From NCBI GenBank assembly GCA_963745835.1, contig CAVUZH010000003.1:384001-448000 (forward strand): DNA of 64,000 nt, in the 5' to 3' direction. The stretch comes from an uncultured delta proteobacterium (GTDB lineage Bacteria > Desulfobacterota > Binatia > UBA9968). The stretch's first letter is position 1. Each line of letters opens with the position of its first letter. The notes beneath the pieces were generated by a model, which searched no databases, was not told the origin of the DNA, and saw only the letters and a list, made by a program, of their open reading frames with translations. Positions 28,906 to 38,911 of this stretch are shown one piece after another. The position numbers were made by a program, and so were the translations under genes.

Positions 28906-30378
28906 TCACTCAGCCGGAGCAGATCCTCGGTTCAACGATAACACCATATCGCCTTTTTGGATGACGATCTGGCGATAGTCCGTTCGCTTCGTCAGGGCAT
29001 CGATCAGATTTACCAGCGGCTGGCGGGCGGTCAGGTATTCCTTGGGCGCGCCCGCGGCGCGCATTGCGGCGATTTCTTCGACACTGAGATTCCAACGCAA
29101 CAATAACTCCTCGTCGGAAACGCCTTCGGCGTTCATTTTCTTGCGCACTTCCGCTACTGACGGTTCAGGCGGCTGCCACTGGGCCCACTCTCGAGCCCTG
29201 GGCCGATCGAGTATCTTTGCTTTAATCACCGGGTCCAACAACTCGGCGCCTTCGCGGCCCCAATAACCCAGCGCATACTGAATGATTTGATCGGTGACTT
29301 CCTTGTAGCGCTCGCCGACGATCACGTTGATAGCAGCCTGGCTGCCGACGAATTGCGACAGCGGCGTGACCATGATCGGATAGCCCAGCTCGGCGCGCAC
29401 CTGCATCGTTTCTTCCAGCGCCTGGTCGATTTTGTGCTCCAATCCGACCTTGCGCAGCTGATGGCGCAAATTGGAAATCATTCCGCCGGGCACTTGATGC
29501 TGGTACTGGGTGTAGTCATATTCCAGCGGCTCGCCGATTGGGAACCCTTCGCGCTTGGCGATGAAGGTGAAATGCTCTGAAACCGGTTTTAAAAGCTCTT
29601 CATCGATGAGCGTCTGATAACCCAGCGCGCGGAGATTTTTAGCGACATTGAAGAGTGAAGGATTCGATGACCCATCGGACAACGGCGGCAAAGCTGTATT
29701 GACGATCTTGATGCCGAGCTTGACGGCTTCCACACAGCAGATCGGCCCCAATCCGGTGGTGCAGTGCGTGTGCAACTCGATAGGAATGCCACCGGCATTC
29801 TCAAAGATAATCGGCACCAGAGTTTTTACCCGTTCGGGTGTGAGCAAGCCGCCGGGATCTTTGAGGCACAGCCGGTTTACTTTGAGCGAGGCCGCATCTC
29901 GGGTTCGCTGCGCGAAATACTGATCGGTGTGCTTGGGCGAAACCGAATAGATCAGATTCAGAACCGGGTTGATACCGACGTCGCGCGCGACTTCAGTTTT
30001 CCAGCGCCATCCTTCCAGCTCGTTCCACTCTTCGGAAATCCGCGCCTCGCGAATACCGTTGGCGGCCATGCGTTCCATGAACAGCCGGTACATCGACTTG
30101 GGAGTAATGTCGAAGGCGCTAAATCGCCCGGCGTTCAAGCGCAGCGGCGTGCGGGTAATCCGCTGGCTCATCAATTTGACCCGAGCCCAGGGATCTTCCT
30201 TGAGCTCGCGCACGCATTTCTTCAAATGGGAACTGGAGATCAATTCGATGGCGTCGAAGCCGGCCCGGTCCATGCGTTCGGCCACAGGCAGCATCATGCC
30301 CGTGGTCATGTTTTCCGCCCACAGGCTCTGATGGCCGTCGCGGATGGTGGTATCGACGAATCTTATTCCGTCAGTCAT
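28906..30378 (-). CDS. Pyruvate carboxylase subunit B / oxaloacetate decarboxylase alpha-like carboxyltransferase without a biotinyl domain
   Basis: DTTIRDGHQSL, LKDPGG, HTHCTTG, QVPGGMISNL, MVTPLSQFVG; no AMKM motif. Confidence 0.88.
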   Translation of the reverse strand: MTDGIRFVDTTIRDGHQSLWAENMTTGMMLPVAERMDRAGFDAIELISSSHLKKCVRELKEDPWARVKLMSQRITRTPLRLNAGRFSAFDITPKSMYRLFMERMAANGIREARISEEWNELEGWRWKTEVARDVGINPVLNLIYSVSPKHTDQYFAQRTRDAASLKVNRLCLKDPGGLLTPERVKTLVPIIFENAGGIPIELHTHCTTGLGPICCVEAVKLGIKIVNTALPPLSDGSSNPSLFNVAKNLRALGYQTLIDEELLKPVSEHFTFIAKREGFPIGEPLEYDYTQYQHQVPGGMISNLRHQLRKVGLEHKIDQALEETMQVRAELGYPIMVTPLSQFVGSQAAINVIVGERYKEVTDQIIQYALGYWGREGAELLDPVIKAKILDRPRAREWAQWQPPEPSVAEVRKKMNAEGVSDEELLLRWNLSVEEIAAMRAAGAPKEYLTARQPLVNLIDALTKRTDYRQIVIQKGDMVLSLNRGSAPAE

Positions 30379-30407
30379 CACTGCTGAGAATCTCCCAAAG
30401 AAGCGTT

Positions 30408-30492
30408 TTCACCGCGTAGGCGCAGAGTACGCAGAGAACTAAATTAAATAATGATAACTCTTCCTCTGCGCTCTCAGCGTCTCAGCGGTGAA
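30408..30492. repeat. REP-like palindromic element
   Basis: TTCACCGC..GCGCAGAGTACGCAGAG / CTCTGCGCTCTCAGCGTCTCAGCGGTGAA inverted arms around an AT-rich loop. Confidence 0.65.
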
Positions 30493-30502
30493 TCCCGGTT
30501 TT

Positions 30503-31360
30503 CTACAGGGTGAGGCCGAAGAACTTCACTGCGTTGTCTAGCATGATCTTCTTGCGCACTTCCGGTTTCATATTGACCTGCTGGAATTCTTCGAGCCAGC
30601 GTTCAACGCCGATGGCCGGCCAATCTGAGCCGAACATCGCCTTGTCCTGAAGCAGGGTATTGATGTTATGCAGCAGCTCGGCCGGGAAATACTTGGGGGC
30701 CCAGCCGGATAGGTCGATGAAATAATTGGCTTTGTGGCGCGCGATGGCTAAGCTCTCCGCCGTCCAGGGCCAGGTCGGATGGGCGCTGATGATCTTCAAC
30801 TCCGGAAAATCGGCGGCCACTTCGTCCAGATAAATCGGCTGGCTGTATTTCAATTTAATGCCCATGCCGCCCGGCGTACCGGCTCCCGCCGCCGCCATGC
30901 CGCCGTGAAACAGAATCGGCATGTTGAGCTTGGCGCATTCCTCCCAGAGCGGATAAAAGCGAACGTCGTTGGCAAAAAAATGTTGCCGCGCCGGATTGAG
31001 CTCGCCCATCCCGTGCAAACCCAGATCTTTACAGCGACGAATTTCATCCAATGCGAGCTTGCCGGTCCAGGGATCGATGGCGCCGAAGGCGAGGAACACG
31101 TCAGGATGTTTCTTGACGGCGCTGGCAACATGATCGTTGGGCACCGGGGTTAAACCGGTGACGGTCTCGTCTCGCGTGTTCATCAGAACCGCCATCATTT
31201 TGCGGGCCCGATACTGATCCGCCAACTCGTCGATGGAAACCGGCGGTCGTTCACGGCCGAAGTATTTCGCCATTTGCGCGGTGCGCGAGCCTTTCGCTTT
31301 TTGTGTGGTTTCATCGGAAAGATGAATGTGAACGTCGATAGCGACGATGTCTCTAGCCAT
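30503..31360 (-). CDS. Amidohydrolase, CouO (4-hydroxyphenyl-beta-ketoacyl-CoA hydrolase)-like
   Basis: IDVHIH, GAGTPGGMGIKLKYSQP, AHPTWPW, DLSGWAPKYFP, FGSDWP. Confidence 0.8.
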   Translation of the reverse strand: MARDIVAIDVHIHLSDETTQKAKGSRTAQMAKYFGRERPPVSIDELADQYRARKMMAVLMNTRDETVTGLTPVPNDHVASAVKKHPDVFLAFGAIDPWTGKLALDEIRRCKDLGLHGMGELNPARQHFFANDVRFYPLWEECAKLNMPILFHGGMAAAGAGTPGGMGIKLKYSQPIYLDEVAADFPELKIISAHPTWPWTAESLAIARHKANYFIDLSGWAPKYFPAELLHNINTLLQDKAMFGSDWPAIGVERWLEEFQQVNMKPEVRKKIMLDNAVKFFGLTL

Positions 31361-31548
31361 AGTCTCAAATCCTCCTTGTTTGTCTCAACAGCCGGTTAAA
31401 ATTGAATACATTTCTTATTGCACTGCTGGAAACTTAGTTCAAGGCGGACCACAAGGATGAGCTCGATTTCAAGTTCGGTGTTCAGAGCGCAGTCCTCCCT
31501 CCGAATACAACTTAAAATGTCGAGCTCGGAACCTCGAACGGCGAGCGT

Positions 31549-33006
31549 TTACGCGCGCTTCTCAAGCGTCATCGAAAACGCGGGTGTTTGCACTTGTATC
31601 TGGCGACTGCCGGTGCGCTTGGCCAATTCCTGGAGCAGGTTGACCAGGGGCTGTTCGGAATTTAAATATTCCAGCGGCCGCGGATTGGCGCGCATGGCAT
31701 CGATATCCTCTTTGCCGAGAATCCAGCGCAGCAGCAGTTCTTCATCCGAGACGCCCGCTGCATCGAGTCTTTTGCGCATCTCTTCCGCGCTCGGATCGTC
31801 CGGCTGCCAGCGCGCCCACTCTTTGGCGCGCGGCCGGTCAAGAATCCTGGCCTTGACGTTCGGATCCATATCGCGCGCGCCTTCAGAGCCGGCGTGACCG
31901 AGAGCGAACTTGATCACCTGGTCAGTGACTTCTTTGTAGCGCTCGCCGACGATGACATTGATTGCCGCTTGGCTGCCGACGAATTGCGACAGAGGCGTGA
32001 CCATGATCGGATAGCCGAATTCGGCGCGAACTCGAATTGATTCCTCGAGAGCTTCCGGGAAGCGATGTTCCAGTCCGACTTTGCGCAACTGATGACGCAG
32101 GTTGGAAAGCATCCCTCCCGGCACCTGATGCTGGTACTGGGTATAGTCGTATTCCACCGGCGCGCCGATGGTGAAGCCTTCTCGTTTAGCAATGGCCGTG
32201 AAATGTTTCGATACCGGTTTTAGAACTTCTTCGTCGATGGCTGTGACATAACCCAGCGCCCGGGCGTTCTTGGCGACGTTGAACAGCGAAGGATTCGAAG
32301 AGTCGTCGGCCAGCGGCGGCAGCGCCGTGTTGATGGACCGGATACCAAGCTTCATACCTTCGATGCAGCACAGCGGCCCCAAACCGGTCGTGCAGTGCGT
32401 GTGCAGCTCGATGGGAATGCCGTTAGCGTTCTTGAACAGGATCGGCACCAGCGTTTGCATGCGCTCCGGAGTCAACAGCCCGCCGGGATCTTTGAGACAC
32501 AGGCGATATGGTTTAAGCGAAGCGGCTTGCCGCGTCCGCTCGGCGAAATATTCATCGCTGTGCTTGGGCGAAACCGAATAGATCAGGTTTAAAATAGTCT
32601 TCATGCCCACTGCATGGCACACGCCCACTCTGAACTTCCAGCCTTCGTAGTCGTTCCATTCATCCGAAATACGCGCTTCGCGAATGCCGTTGGCAAACAT
32701 CCGCTCGATGAACAGCCAGTACATCGAAGGCGGGTTGTATTCAAAGGTGTTGACCCGACCGGCGATGACCCGCAGTGGGGTTTGGGTGATCTCTTTGGCC
32801 ATCAGTCTGACCCGTTCCCAGGGATCTTCCTTGAGTTCGCGCACGGTCTTCTTAAGGTGCGAGCCGGAGATCAGCTCGATCCCTTCGAATCCGGCGCGGT
32901 CCAAATTCTTGGCAATCGGCAGCATCATGCCCGTGGTCATATTTTCCGCCCACAAGCTCTGATGGCCGTCGCGAATCGTGGTGTCGACAAAGTGAATCGT
33001 GTCCAT
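31549..33006 (-). CDS. Pyruvate carboxylase subunit B-like carboxyltransferase, paralogue of 28906-30378
   Basis: Same catalytic motifs; long identical stretches with the other copy. Confidence 0.88.
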   Translation of the reverse strand: MDTIHFVDTTIRDGHQSLWAENMTTGMMLPIAKNLDRAGFEGIELISGSHLKKTVRELKEDPWERVRLMAKEITQTPLRVIAGRVNTFEYNPPSMYWLFIERMFANGIREARISDEWNDYEGWKFRVGVCHAVGMKTILNLIYSVSPKHSDEYFAERTRQAASLKPYRLCLKDPGGLLTPERMQTLVPILFKNANGIPIELHTHCTTGLGPLCCIEGMKLGIRSINTALPPLADDSSNPSLFNVAKNARALGYVTAIDEEVLKPVSKHFTAIAKREGFTIGAPVEYDYTQYQHQVPGGMLSNLRHQLRKVGLEHRFPEALEESIRVRAEFGYPIMVTPLSQFVGSQAAINVIVGERYKEVTDQVIKFALGHAGSEGARDMDPNVKARILDRPRAKEWARWQPDDPSAEEMRKRLDAAGVSDEELLLRWILGKEDIDAMRANPRPLEYLNSEQPLVNLLQELAKRTGSRQIQVQTPAFSMTLEKRA

Positions 33007-33030
33007 GAAGCCTCCTACTCAATGTGCAGG

Positions 33031-33059
33031 ATCATATTGACTAGCAGCCGGAATTTCAA
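33031..33059 (-). promoter_or_regulatory. Sigma70-type promoter for the carboxyltransferase gene
   Basis: TTGAAA-17bp-TATGAT followed by an AGGAGG RBS. Confidence 0.6.
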
Positions 33060-33161
33060 CGAAGCCCAAGCTGCTCAGACAGCGAACACTAAAAAGGCGA
33101 ATCGTCGAGGAGTTCGGAACGAACCCTCTGATTGAAGTTAACTTATGTGGAACTGTTGAGT

Positions 33162-34325
33162 TTAGCGGCGCTGCTTGCGTTCTTGGATGATTTCAACCAG
33201 GCCTATGGCCGCCGGCAACAGCAGCACGGCTATGCTTAAGCCCACGACACCGCCCCAGCCGAATCTATTGTAGGCGGAGCCGCAACTCGTAATTCCTACG
33301 GCGCCGCCAGTGTAATATGCCAGAACGTAGAGCGAGTTGGCACGGCCGCGGCTAGTGATCAATCTTCGGTTGAGCAAGCCCACGGCGGCGGAGTGGACGG
33401 AGAAAAAGCCGGCACAGAGAGCAACCAGGCTCATCGCAATCACCACGAGAGACTGGATCAACGTGGCCGCCACGGCGGTAATCAATACGAGAGATCCAGT
33501 GATCATGGTCGCGCCGCTGCCAAGCCGGTTGCTGATCCGGCCCGATAAAGGGCCCATAACGAGGCCGACCAAATACGCCAAATAAACAAGAGTGATGACT
33601 TCAGTATGCGCGGAGAACGGCGGACTCGACAGATAAAAGGGCAGGTAATTGAAAGTCGAGGAGAAGACAAAAAAAGCCCCGAAGGCAACGACGAGCATAC
33701 GGAAGAGACCGGGCTGCACAAACAACTCGCCGAAGCCGATCTGCTGCGCTCCGTGCAAATCGGGTTTTTCTTCGGGCAGCCAAATCAATGCGGCAATCGA
33801 AGCCGGGATCAACAGTGCGGCGGCGCTGACAAACGCGTAACGCCAGTGTAGTGGTGGATGGATCCAGCCGCCGAGCAACCGACCGCCCAATCCGCCCGCC
33901 ACGGTGGCGGCGACGTAAGATCCCATCGCGACATTAAGCCGCGCAATCGGCAGACTGCGCGCGAGATAGGCGGCGATGCACGTGGTCAGGGAAGGAATAA
34001 ACAGGCCTTGCACGAATCGCGCTAGAATCAGCCCTACAATGCTATCCGTAACCGCGCAGAAGAGATTGGCGGCGCTCACGACCGTTCCGCCGGCGAGGAT
34101 AATCGGTTTGATCGGCCAGCGATCAGAGAGCATGCCGAACGGAAGATTCGCCACCGCGATCCCCAAGATGACCATCGATACGGTCAAAGATGCCGTTTCA
34201 GCGTCTATCGAAAATTCATCTCGGATGACCGGTAGTACAGGTTGTGTGATGTAGATTGTCGTAAAGCCCGCGGCGACGACTGAGAAGATCAGAGCTTGAA
34301 TAGCAGGATCGCTGGAAGGTTTCAT
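33162..34325 (-). CDS. MFS transporter (YnfM-like)
   Basis: YITQPVLP, GMLSDRW, NYLPFYLS..PF, ANSLYVLAYYTGG; about 12 hydrophobic segments. Confidence 0.88.
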   Translation of the reverse strand: MKPSSDPAIQALIFSVVAAGFTTIYITQPVLPVIRDEFSIDAETASLTVSMVILGIAVANLPFGMLSDRWPIKPIILAGGTVVSAANLFCAVTDSIVGLILARFVQGLFIPSLTTCIAAYLARSLPIARLNVAMGSYVAATVAGGLGGRLLGGWIHPPLHWRYAFVSAAALLIPASIAALIWLPEEKPDLHGAQQIGFGELFVQPGLFRMLVVAFGAFFVFSSTFNYLPFYLSSPPFSAHTEVITLVYLAYLVGLVMGPLSGRISNRLGSGATMITGSLVLITAVAATLIQSLVVIAMSLVALCAGFFSVHSAAVGLLNRRLITSRGRANSLYVLAYYTGGAVGITSCGSAYNRFGWGGVVGLSIAVLLLPAAIGLVEIIQERKQRR

Positions 34326-34513
34326 TGCCGTCCGTCACCGGGCCAGTGAGAGACACCGTTTATCGATCCGACCGGCCGACGCATCGCACCATTTAATTAA
34401 ACCGCGTCAGGCAAGATCACTCAAAATCAGCGGCACGATCGTCGTCGGCAAAGGTAAACGGCGCGCGAGGCAATTAGTTATTCGATTGACAAGTTCGCCA
34501 GCTTCGCCGACGG

Positions 34514-34861
34514 CTAACCTTCCTTCTCATCGCGAGCGTGAACGAAACCCGGTGGATGCGTCGCTTCGACAGCGGTGAACGTCTCGAGAATGCGATAGCT
34601 ATGGCTGGCGCCGCGCGGAACCACCCATGAGTCTCCGGGCTCCAGCAGCACAAGCTGTGGGCCCAGATGCAGCTCGGCCCGTCCTTTGATGACATAGCCG
34701 ACCGTTTCATAGTCGCGCTCGCTTGCCGGTTTCTCCTGAGCCGGTTGTTCGTCCTCCCACAAGCGCATCGCCATGCTTACGCCGGCAGCCAAATATTTCT
34801 GCCCCATCGAACCTTTGGGAGAAGATTTGGCGTTTACTTTTGTGATGCTTGTTTCAGCCAT
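34514..34861 (-). CDS. Cupin domain protein
   Basis: GGAGG RBS; GQKYLAAG, YETVGYVIKG, WVVPRGASHSY. Confidence 0.82.
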   Translation of the reverse strand: MAETSITKVNAKSSPKGSMGQKYLAAGVSMAMRLWEDEQPAQEKPASERDYETVGYVIKGRAELHLGPQLVLLEPGDSWVVPRGASHSYRILETFTAVEATHPPGFVHARDEKEG

Positions 34862-35093
34862 TGTCGTCCTCCGGATTGGCAGTTGTTTGCTATTTGAATT
34901 ATCGACAATCGTTATGGCGGAGTCCAGTATGGTCAGCCCCAAATTCTCACTGGGCTGCGCGCCATTGATGCTGATCGACCTGCTTCAAGGAATTGGCAGG
35001 TACTGTGTCGGTGACATCCGCCGCTGAATGCGCTTGACTGCAACCGAAGTCTCCGCGATAAGAACTGACAATGGAAGGAGATAGTGACCAGCG

Positions 35094-36194
35094 ATGATGA
35101 TCTTGAATAACGAAGAAGTGAGCGCGTTATTGTCAATGAAAAATTGCCTGCGGCACCTGGAAGCGGCGTATCGGGAGCTGGCCGAAGGAGCTGCCGTCAA
35201 TCGCCCGCGCAGCGATCTCTATCTGCCGGCGACCAGCAGCAGCGGGGTTTATTGTTTTAAAACCATGGAGGGGGCGCTGAGTCGGGAGAAGGTGGTGGCT
35301 TTGCGCCTTAACTCGGACGTCATCAAATGGGAGGAAAAAGGCGGTCGCATCATCAAAGACAAAGTACCGGCTGCGCCGGGCAACAAGTGGGTCGGTTTGG
35401 TTCTGCTATTTTCGGCGGAGACCGGAGAGCCTCTGGCAATTTTTCCCGACGGCATTATCCAAGGCATTCGAGTTGCGGCAAGCAGCGCTCTTGCTGCGCG
35501 TTTTCTAGCTCGGCCCGACGCCGCGATTCTCGGCATGCTTGGATCCGGCTGGCAGGCCCGGGCTCATGCGCAGGCGATGTGTGAAGTTCGCGGCATCAAG
35601 CAAATACTGGTTCACAGCCCGACCAAAGCTAACAGAGAGAACTTCGCCGCCGAAATCGAAAAACAACTTGGCGTTTCAGTGCACGCGGTTCCATCCGCCG
35701 AGGCAGTTGCCGATCGTGCCGACATCCTGGTGGCGGCGACCAACTCGGTTTCAAGAGTGGTTCCGCCCGAGTGGCTAAAACCTGGTATGCACATCACCTG
35801 TGTGAAAATTACCGAACTCGGCGAAGAAACGCTCGCTAAAGTCGACCGCCTCGTCATTCACACGCGAAAATGGGCGCCGGATAATTACATCACCGGTTTT
35901 AACGATGAGAAAGTCGAAGCGCATGACCCGATCGATCTTTTGATCGAGGGCGCGAAACGAACAGGCTTTACTCCAAAGCAACCGTTCTGGCTGGACGCGC
36001 CGGAGTTGAAGGATGTTGTCGCCGGCAAGCTCCCGGGCCGCCAATCGCCTGAAGAGGTCACCTGTTTCAATAACAATATCGGGCTCGGAATTCAGTTCGC
36101 GGCCCTGGGCAAGGCGGTTTTCGACGATGCCACAGCTAAAGGGCTAGGCAGAGAGATTCCAACCGATTGGTTTTTGGAGACGGTTCATCCGTGA
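35094..36194 (+). CDS. Ornithine cyclodeaminase/mu-crystallin family protein
   Basis: VNRPR, RVAASSALAA, LGSGWQA, ATNS, GLGIQFAA. Confidence 0.88.
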   Translation: MMILNNEEVSALLSMKNCLRHLEAAYRELAEGAAVNRPRSDLYLPATSSSGVYCFKTMEGALSREKVVALRLNSDVIKWEEKGGRIIKDKVPAAPGNKWVGLVLLFSAETGEPLAIFPDGIIQGIRVAASSALAARFLARPDAAILGMLGSGWQARAHAQAMCEVRGIKQILVHSPTKANRENFAAEIEKQLGVSVHAVPSAEAVADRADILVAATNSVSRVVPPEWLKPGMHITCVKITELGEETLAKVDRLVIHTRKWAPDNYITGFNDEKVEAHDPIDLLIEGAKRTGFTPKQPFWLDAPELKDVVAGKLPGRQSPEEVTCFNNNIGLGIQFAALGKAVFDDATAKGLGREIPTDWFLETVHP

Positions 36195-36209
36195 TTTTAA
36201 ACGCGATGA

Positions 36210-36266
36210 AGCGACCGAAGACGGGCGACCGAAAAACCGGTCTGCAGTCTTCCGTCTCCGGTCGTG
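36210..36266. terminator. Imperfect hairpin of short repeats between convergent genes
   Basis: CGACCGAAGACGG...CCGTCTCCGGTCG inverted repeat. Confidence 0.4.
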
Positions 36267-36302
36267 CATGCGTTTTACCGCAGAGTCGTAGACGCCGCCA
36301 TC

Positions 36303-37301
36303 CTACTTCTGCATGCCGATTTGCCGCAGGAATCCTTCGTCTTCAAGTGTCTTGACGATGCTGCTGTCGAGAAAATTATCCGGGTTGGCTTTTTTCGCTT
36401 CGGGGTTTTGGTTTAGCTTGAGTGTTTCCACGATGCCTTCGCGATTGGGGTAGGGCGGGCGCACTACATAATCGACGGCGTATTGGTAAGTCGCCTCAAT
36501 GATATCTTCGGCGGTATCGCGAGTGTATTTTTGGATGATCTTTTTCGCTGCGCTCTTGTCCTGAACGAATCGTTGCAGGCCGTCGGAATAACCACGAAAA
36601 AAATTAAGCGCCGTGTCGCGATTGCTTTTCAGATAAGCCCGTCTGGTGATGACCGCGGTGTGGGGAAAGTAGACTCCGGCCTTTGCCATATCGAGCAGGG
36701 GCTGGGCGCCGGCGGCGCGGGCGCGGATGTGAGTGGGCGCGGACAACGGCGCGGCGACGATTAGCCGTTTCGAAAGCGCCGCCGCAAGTTCGGGCATGCC
36801 GCCGAGTTGAAGGATGTTGAGATCTCTTTCCGGATTGAAGCCATTCTTTTGCACGAGATAGCGTAGGGCGAAATCCGTCGACGAACCGAACCGGGTAACG
36901 CCGACGGTTTTTCCCTTCAGGTCCGCGACGCTTTTAATCTCAGGAAGAGCCATCATGTAGAATGCCGGAACGTTGGCTACGCCGCCGATGAAGACCAAGT
37001 CGGCGCCGCTAAGAACCGCGCTGACCACTGGTGCGCCTCCCGAAAAGGCTATTTGGGAATCGCCGGTCAGAACTACCCTGGTAACCTGAAGCGCGGTTGG
37101 GATGTAGATCAATTCGACGTCCAGGCCGTACTTCGGAAAAATATTTTGCTCGGTGGCATACCAGAGCGGAGCGTTGATCCCGCTGATCGCCGGGTAGATC
37201 ACGTTCAATTTCGTTCGTGCCTGGCACCAAGCCGAGCTTGCCGTCAGGCACATTAGCAGTGTGGCGGTTAGGATAGAGGACTTCATCGCTCGAAAGACCA
37301 T
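36303..37301 (-). CDS. ABC substrate-binding protein, SsuA/THI5-like
   Basis: Signal peptide, APLWYA, FPKYGLDVELIYI, DLKGKTVGVTRFGSSTD. Start uncertain (37301 or 37286). Confidence 0.87.
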   Translation of the reverse strand: MVFRAMKSSILTATLLMCLTASSAWCQARTKLNVIYPAISGINAPLWYATEQNIFPKYGLDVELIYIPTALQVTRVVLTGDSQIAFSGGAPVVSAVLSGADLVFIGGVANVPAFYMMALPEIKSVADLKGKTVGVTRFGSSTDFALRYLVQKNGFNPERDLNILQLGGMPELAAALSKRLIVAAPLSAPTHIRARAAGAQPLLDMAKAGVYFPHTAVITRRAYLKSNRDTALNFFRGYSDGLQRFVQDKSAAKKIIQKYTRDTAEDIIEATYQYAVDYVVRPPYPNREGIVETLKLNQNPEAKKANPDNFLDSSIVKTLEDEGFLRQIGMQK

Positions 37302-37460
37302 GTGAAACCCCCAATCATTATTCAAGCATGTAGTGATGAGACAATTGCACATTATACGGTGAATGCATCGGAGAGCAGGGAAAGCGAAAGTAAACCGGGC
37401 CGCCGGCGACCCGGTTCGGAGATCCTGTGAGGAAAAGACCTCAACACTATCGGCGATAAG

Positions 37461-37784
37461 CTACTTGGTTTTGCTTGCCGCCTTCTTATCGTCACTCTTG
37501 CTCTTGGTGCCGCTCTTAGCATCGCCACCATCTTTGACATCGATGCTTGATGCGGTCATTTTGTAATGGACGGTTACCCTGGAACCTTTCTTGAGGTCGC
37601 CGCCTTTGATCTTGGTGCCCTTGTCTCGACCAATCTCCCATTTTTCATCACCCTTCTGAACCACGATAATGTCCTCCTTCACGTCGAGAACCGGTCCGGT
37701 AACTTGATAGTCTTTCGGTTCAGCGGCGATAGCTACCGTCGCCATAAATAAAGATGCAATCGCTAAACTTAGAAAACGCTTCAT
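37461..37784 (-). CDS. Small secreted hypothetical protein (OB-fold-like, Lys-rich tail)
   Basis: AAGGAGG RBS, signal peptide, YQVTGPVL..., LKKGSRVTVHY. Confidence 0.75.
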   Translation of the reverse strand: MKRFLSLAIASLFMATVAIAAEPKDYQVTGPVLDVKEDIIVVQKGDEKWEIGRDKGTKIKGGDLKKGSRVTVHYKMTASSIDVKDGGDAKSGTKSKSDDKKAASKTK

Positions 37785-37981
37785 CGTCAAATCCTCCTTG
37801 TTTGAGTTAACTGGCAATGGCGATACTCTATCCCATATTGCCGCATAGGTGACAACACTAATGCGAGTGCCTTCAACCGCTGAGTGAGGACCATGCTCGT
37901 TGCCGAGATCATTCTATAGCTAAGTCCGGCAAGAGGTGGAATAATGAACTCGTGGGAAACAGAATCTCTGATATCGGAAGG

Positions 37982-38296
37982 ATGAAAAGTAACGTTGATG
38001 CGGGCAACAGGGCGAACATGTTCGGGACTAAAAAGACTGGGAAGTTAGGTACTGAAAAGAACCCCGCCACTGTTAACGTGCAATCCAAAGCCCGATTCGA
38101 AGAAGTGTCATCCATATTCAAAGCGCATGGTTGGAATTATCGGATTTCATTGGAACCGGAAGCAGCAGAGGACGTTAGTGATCTGAATCGATTGTTAAAT
38201 CCCATAAAGCCAATCAAAGCCGAGAAAAAAATCGGTCGTAATCAACCCTGCCAATGTGGCAGCGGGAAAAAGTTTAAAAACTGCTGTTCCGTGTAA
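37982..38296 (+). CDS. PBPRA1643-like protein with a C-terminal SEC-C motif
   Basis: [33 protein letters not shown]. Start uncertain. Confidence 0.8.
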   Translation: MKSNVDAGNRANMFGTKKTGKLGTEKNPATVNVQSKARFEEVSSIFKAHGWNYRISLEPEAAEDVSDLNRLLNPIKPIKAEKKIGRNQPCQCGSGKKFKNCCSV

Positions 38297-38386
38297 TGAG
38301 GCGGTGTAGGTGCTTGAGGCGGCATAAATCGATAGGCAAGGCATTGCTTCCGCTCAGCCTATCAAACCAGATAAGGAGTGCTTAAC

Positions 38387-38509
38387 ATGAGTAAAGGCAA
38401 TGACAGTAGAAAGCAGAATAAAAAGAAACCACTCAAGACCCTGATGGAGAAAAGGGCCGCGAAACGAGCCAAGAAAGAAAACAAAGGGTTTTCGCTTCCT
38501 ATTAAATAA
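38387..38509 (+). CDS. 40-aa Lys-rich small protein (not in the ORF track)
   Basis: TAAGGAG RBS; MSKGNDSRKQNKKKPLKTLMEKRAAKRAKKENKGFSLPIK. Confidence 0.65.
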   Translation: MSKGNDSRKQNKKKPLKTLMEKRAAKRAKKENKGFSLPIK

Positions 38510-38647
38510 TCCCCATTTCTACGAGAGGGCAGGTTTATCCTGCTCTCCTCTACGAACTGCCAGGTGTGAGTTTTCAGGCTGCGGCCGGCGCCGTTCTGGC
38601 CAGCCTGTGCCGGGATGTTTTTACAAATCTCCAATCAGATTTGGCTG

Positions 38648-38911
38648 CTACAATTTAACCTTCGGAGCGTCCAAATCTTTAGCCGCGCTGTGGGACTCAG
38701 ACTCTTTTGCGTCAATCCACGCTTTGCATAGCTTGAGCGCTTGCTCCTCGGCTTCTTTCTTACTCGTGAAATTTACGTCTGAAGGTTCGAGGCGTTTAAC
38801 TTCCAATGTACAATTCAGGTCCGGAGCAAATACCAGCCCTTTCGGACGCCACCGCCTTCCCGGCTGTGAAACTGCCATCCCGTAAATCGGATGTTGCTTG
38901 TACGGTCGCAT
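38648..38911 (-). CDS. Hypothetical protein
   Basis: AAAGGAG RBS before MRPYKQHPIYG; FTSKKEAEEQALKLCKAWID helix. Confidence 0.6.
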   Translation of the reverse strand: MRPYKQHPIYGMAVSQPGRRWRPKGLVFAPDLNCTLEVKRLEPSDVNFTSKKEAEEQALKLCKAWIDAKESESHSAAKDLDAPKVKL

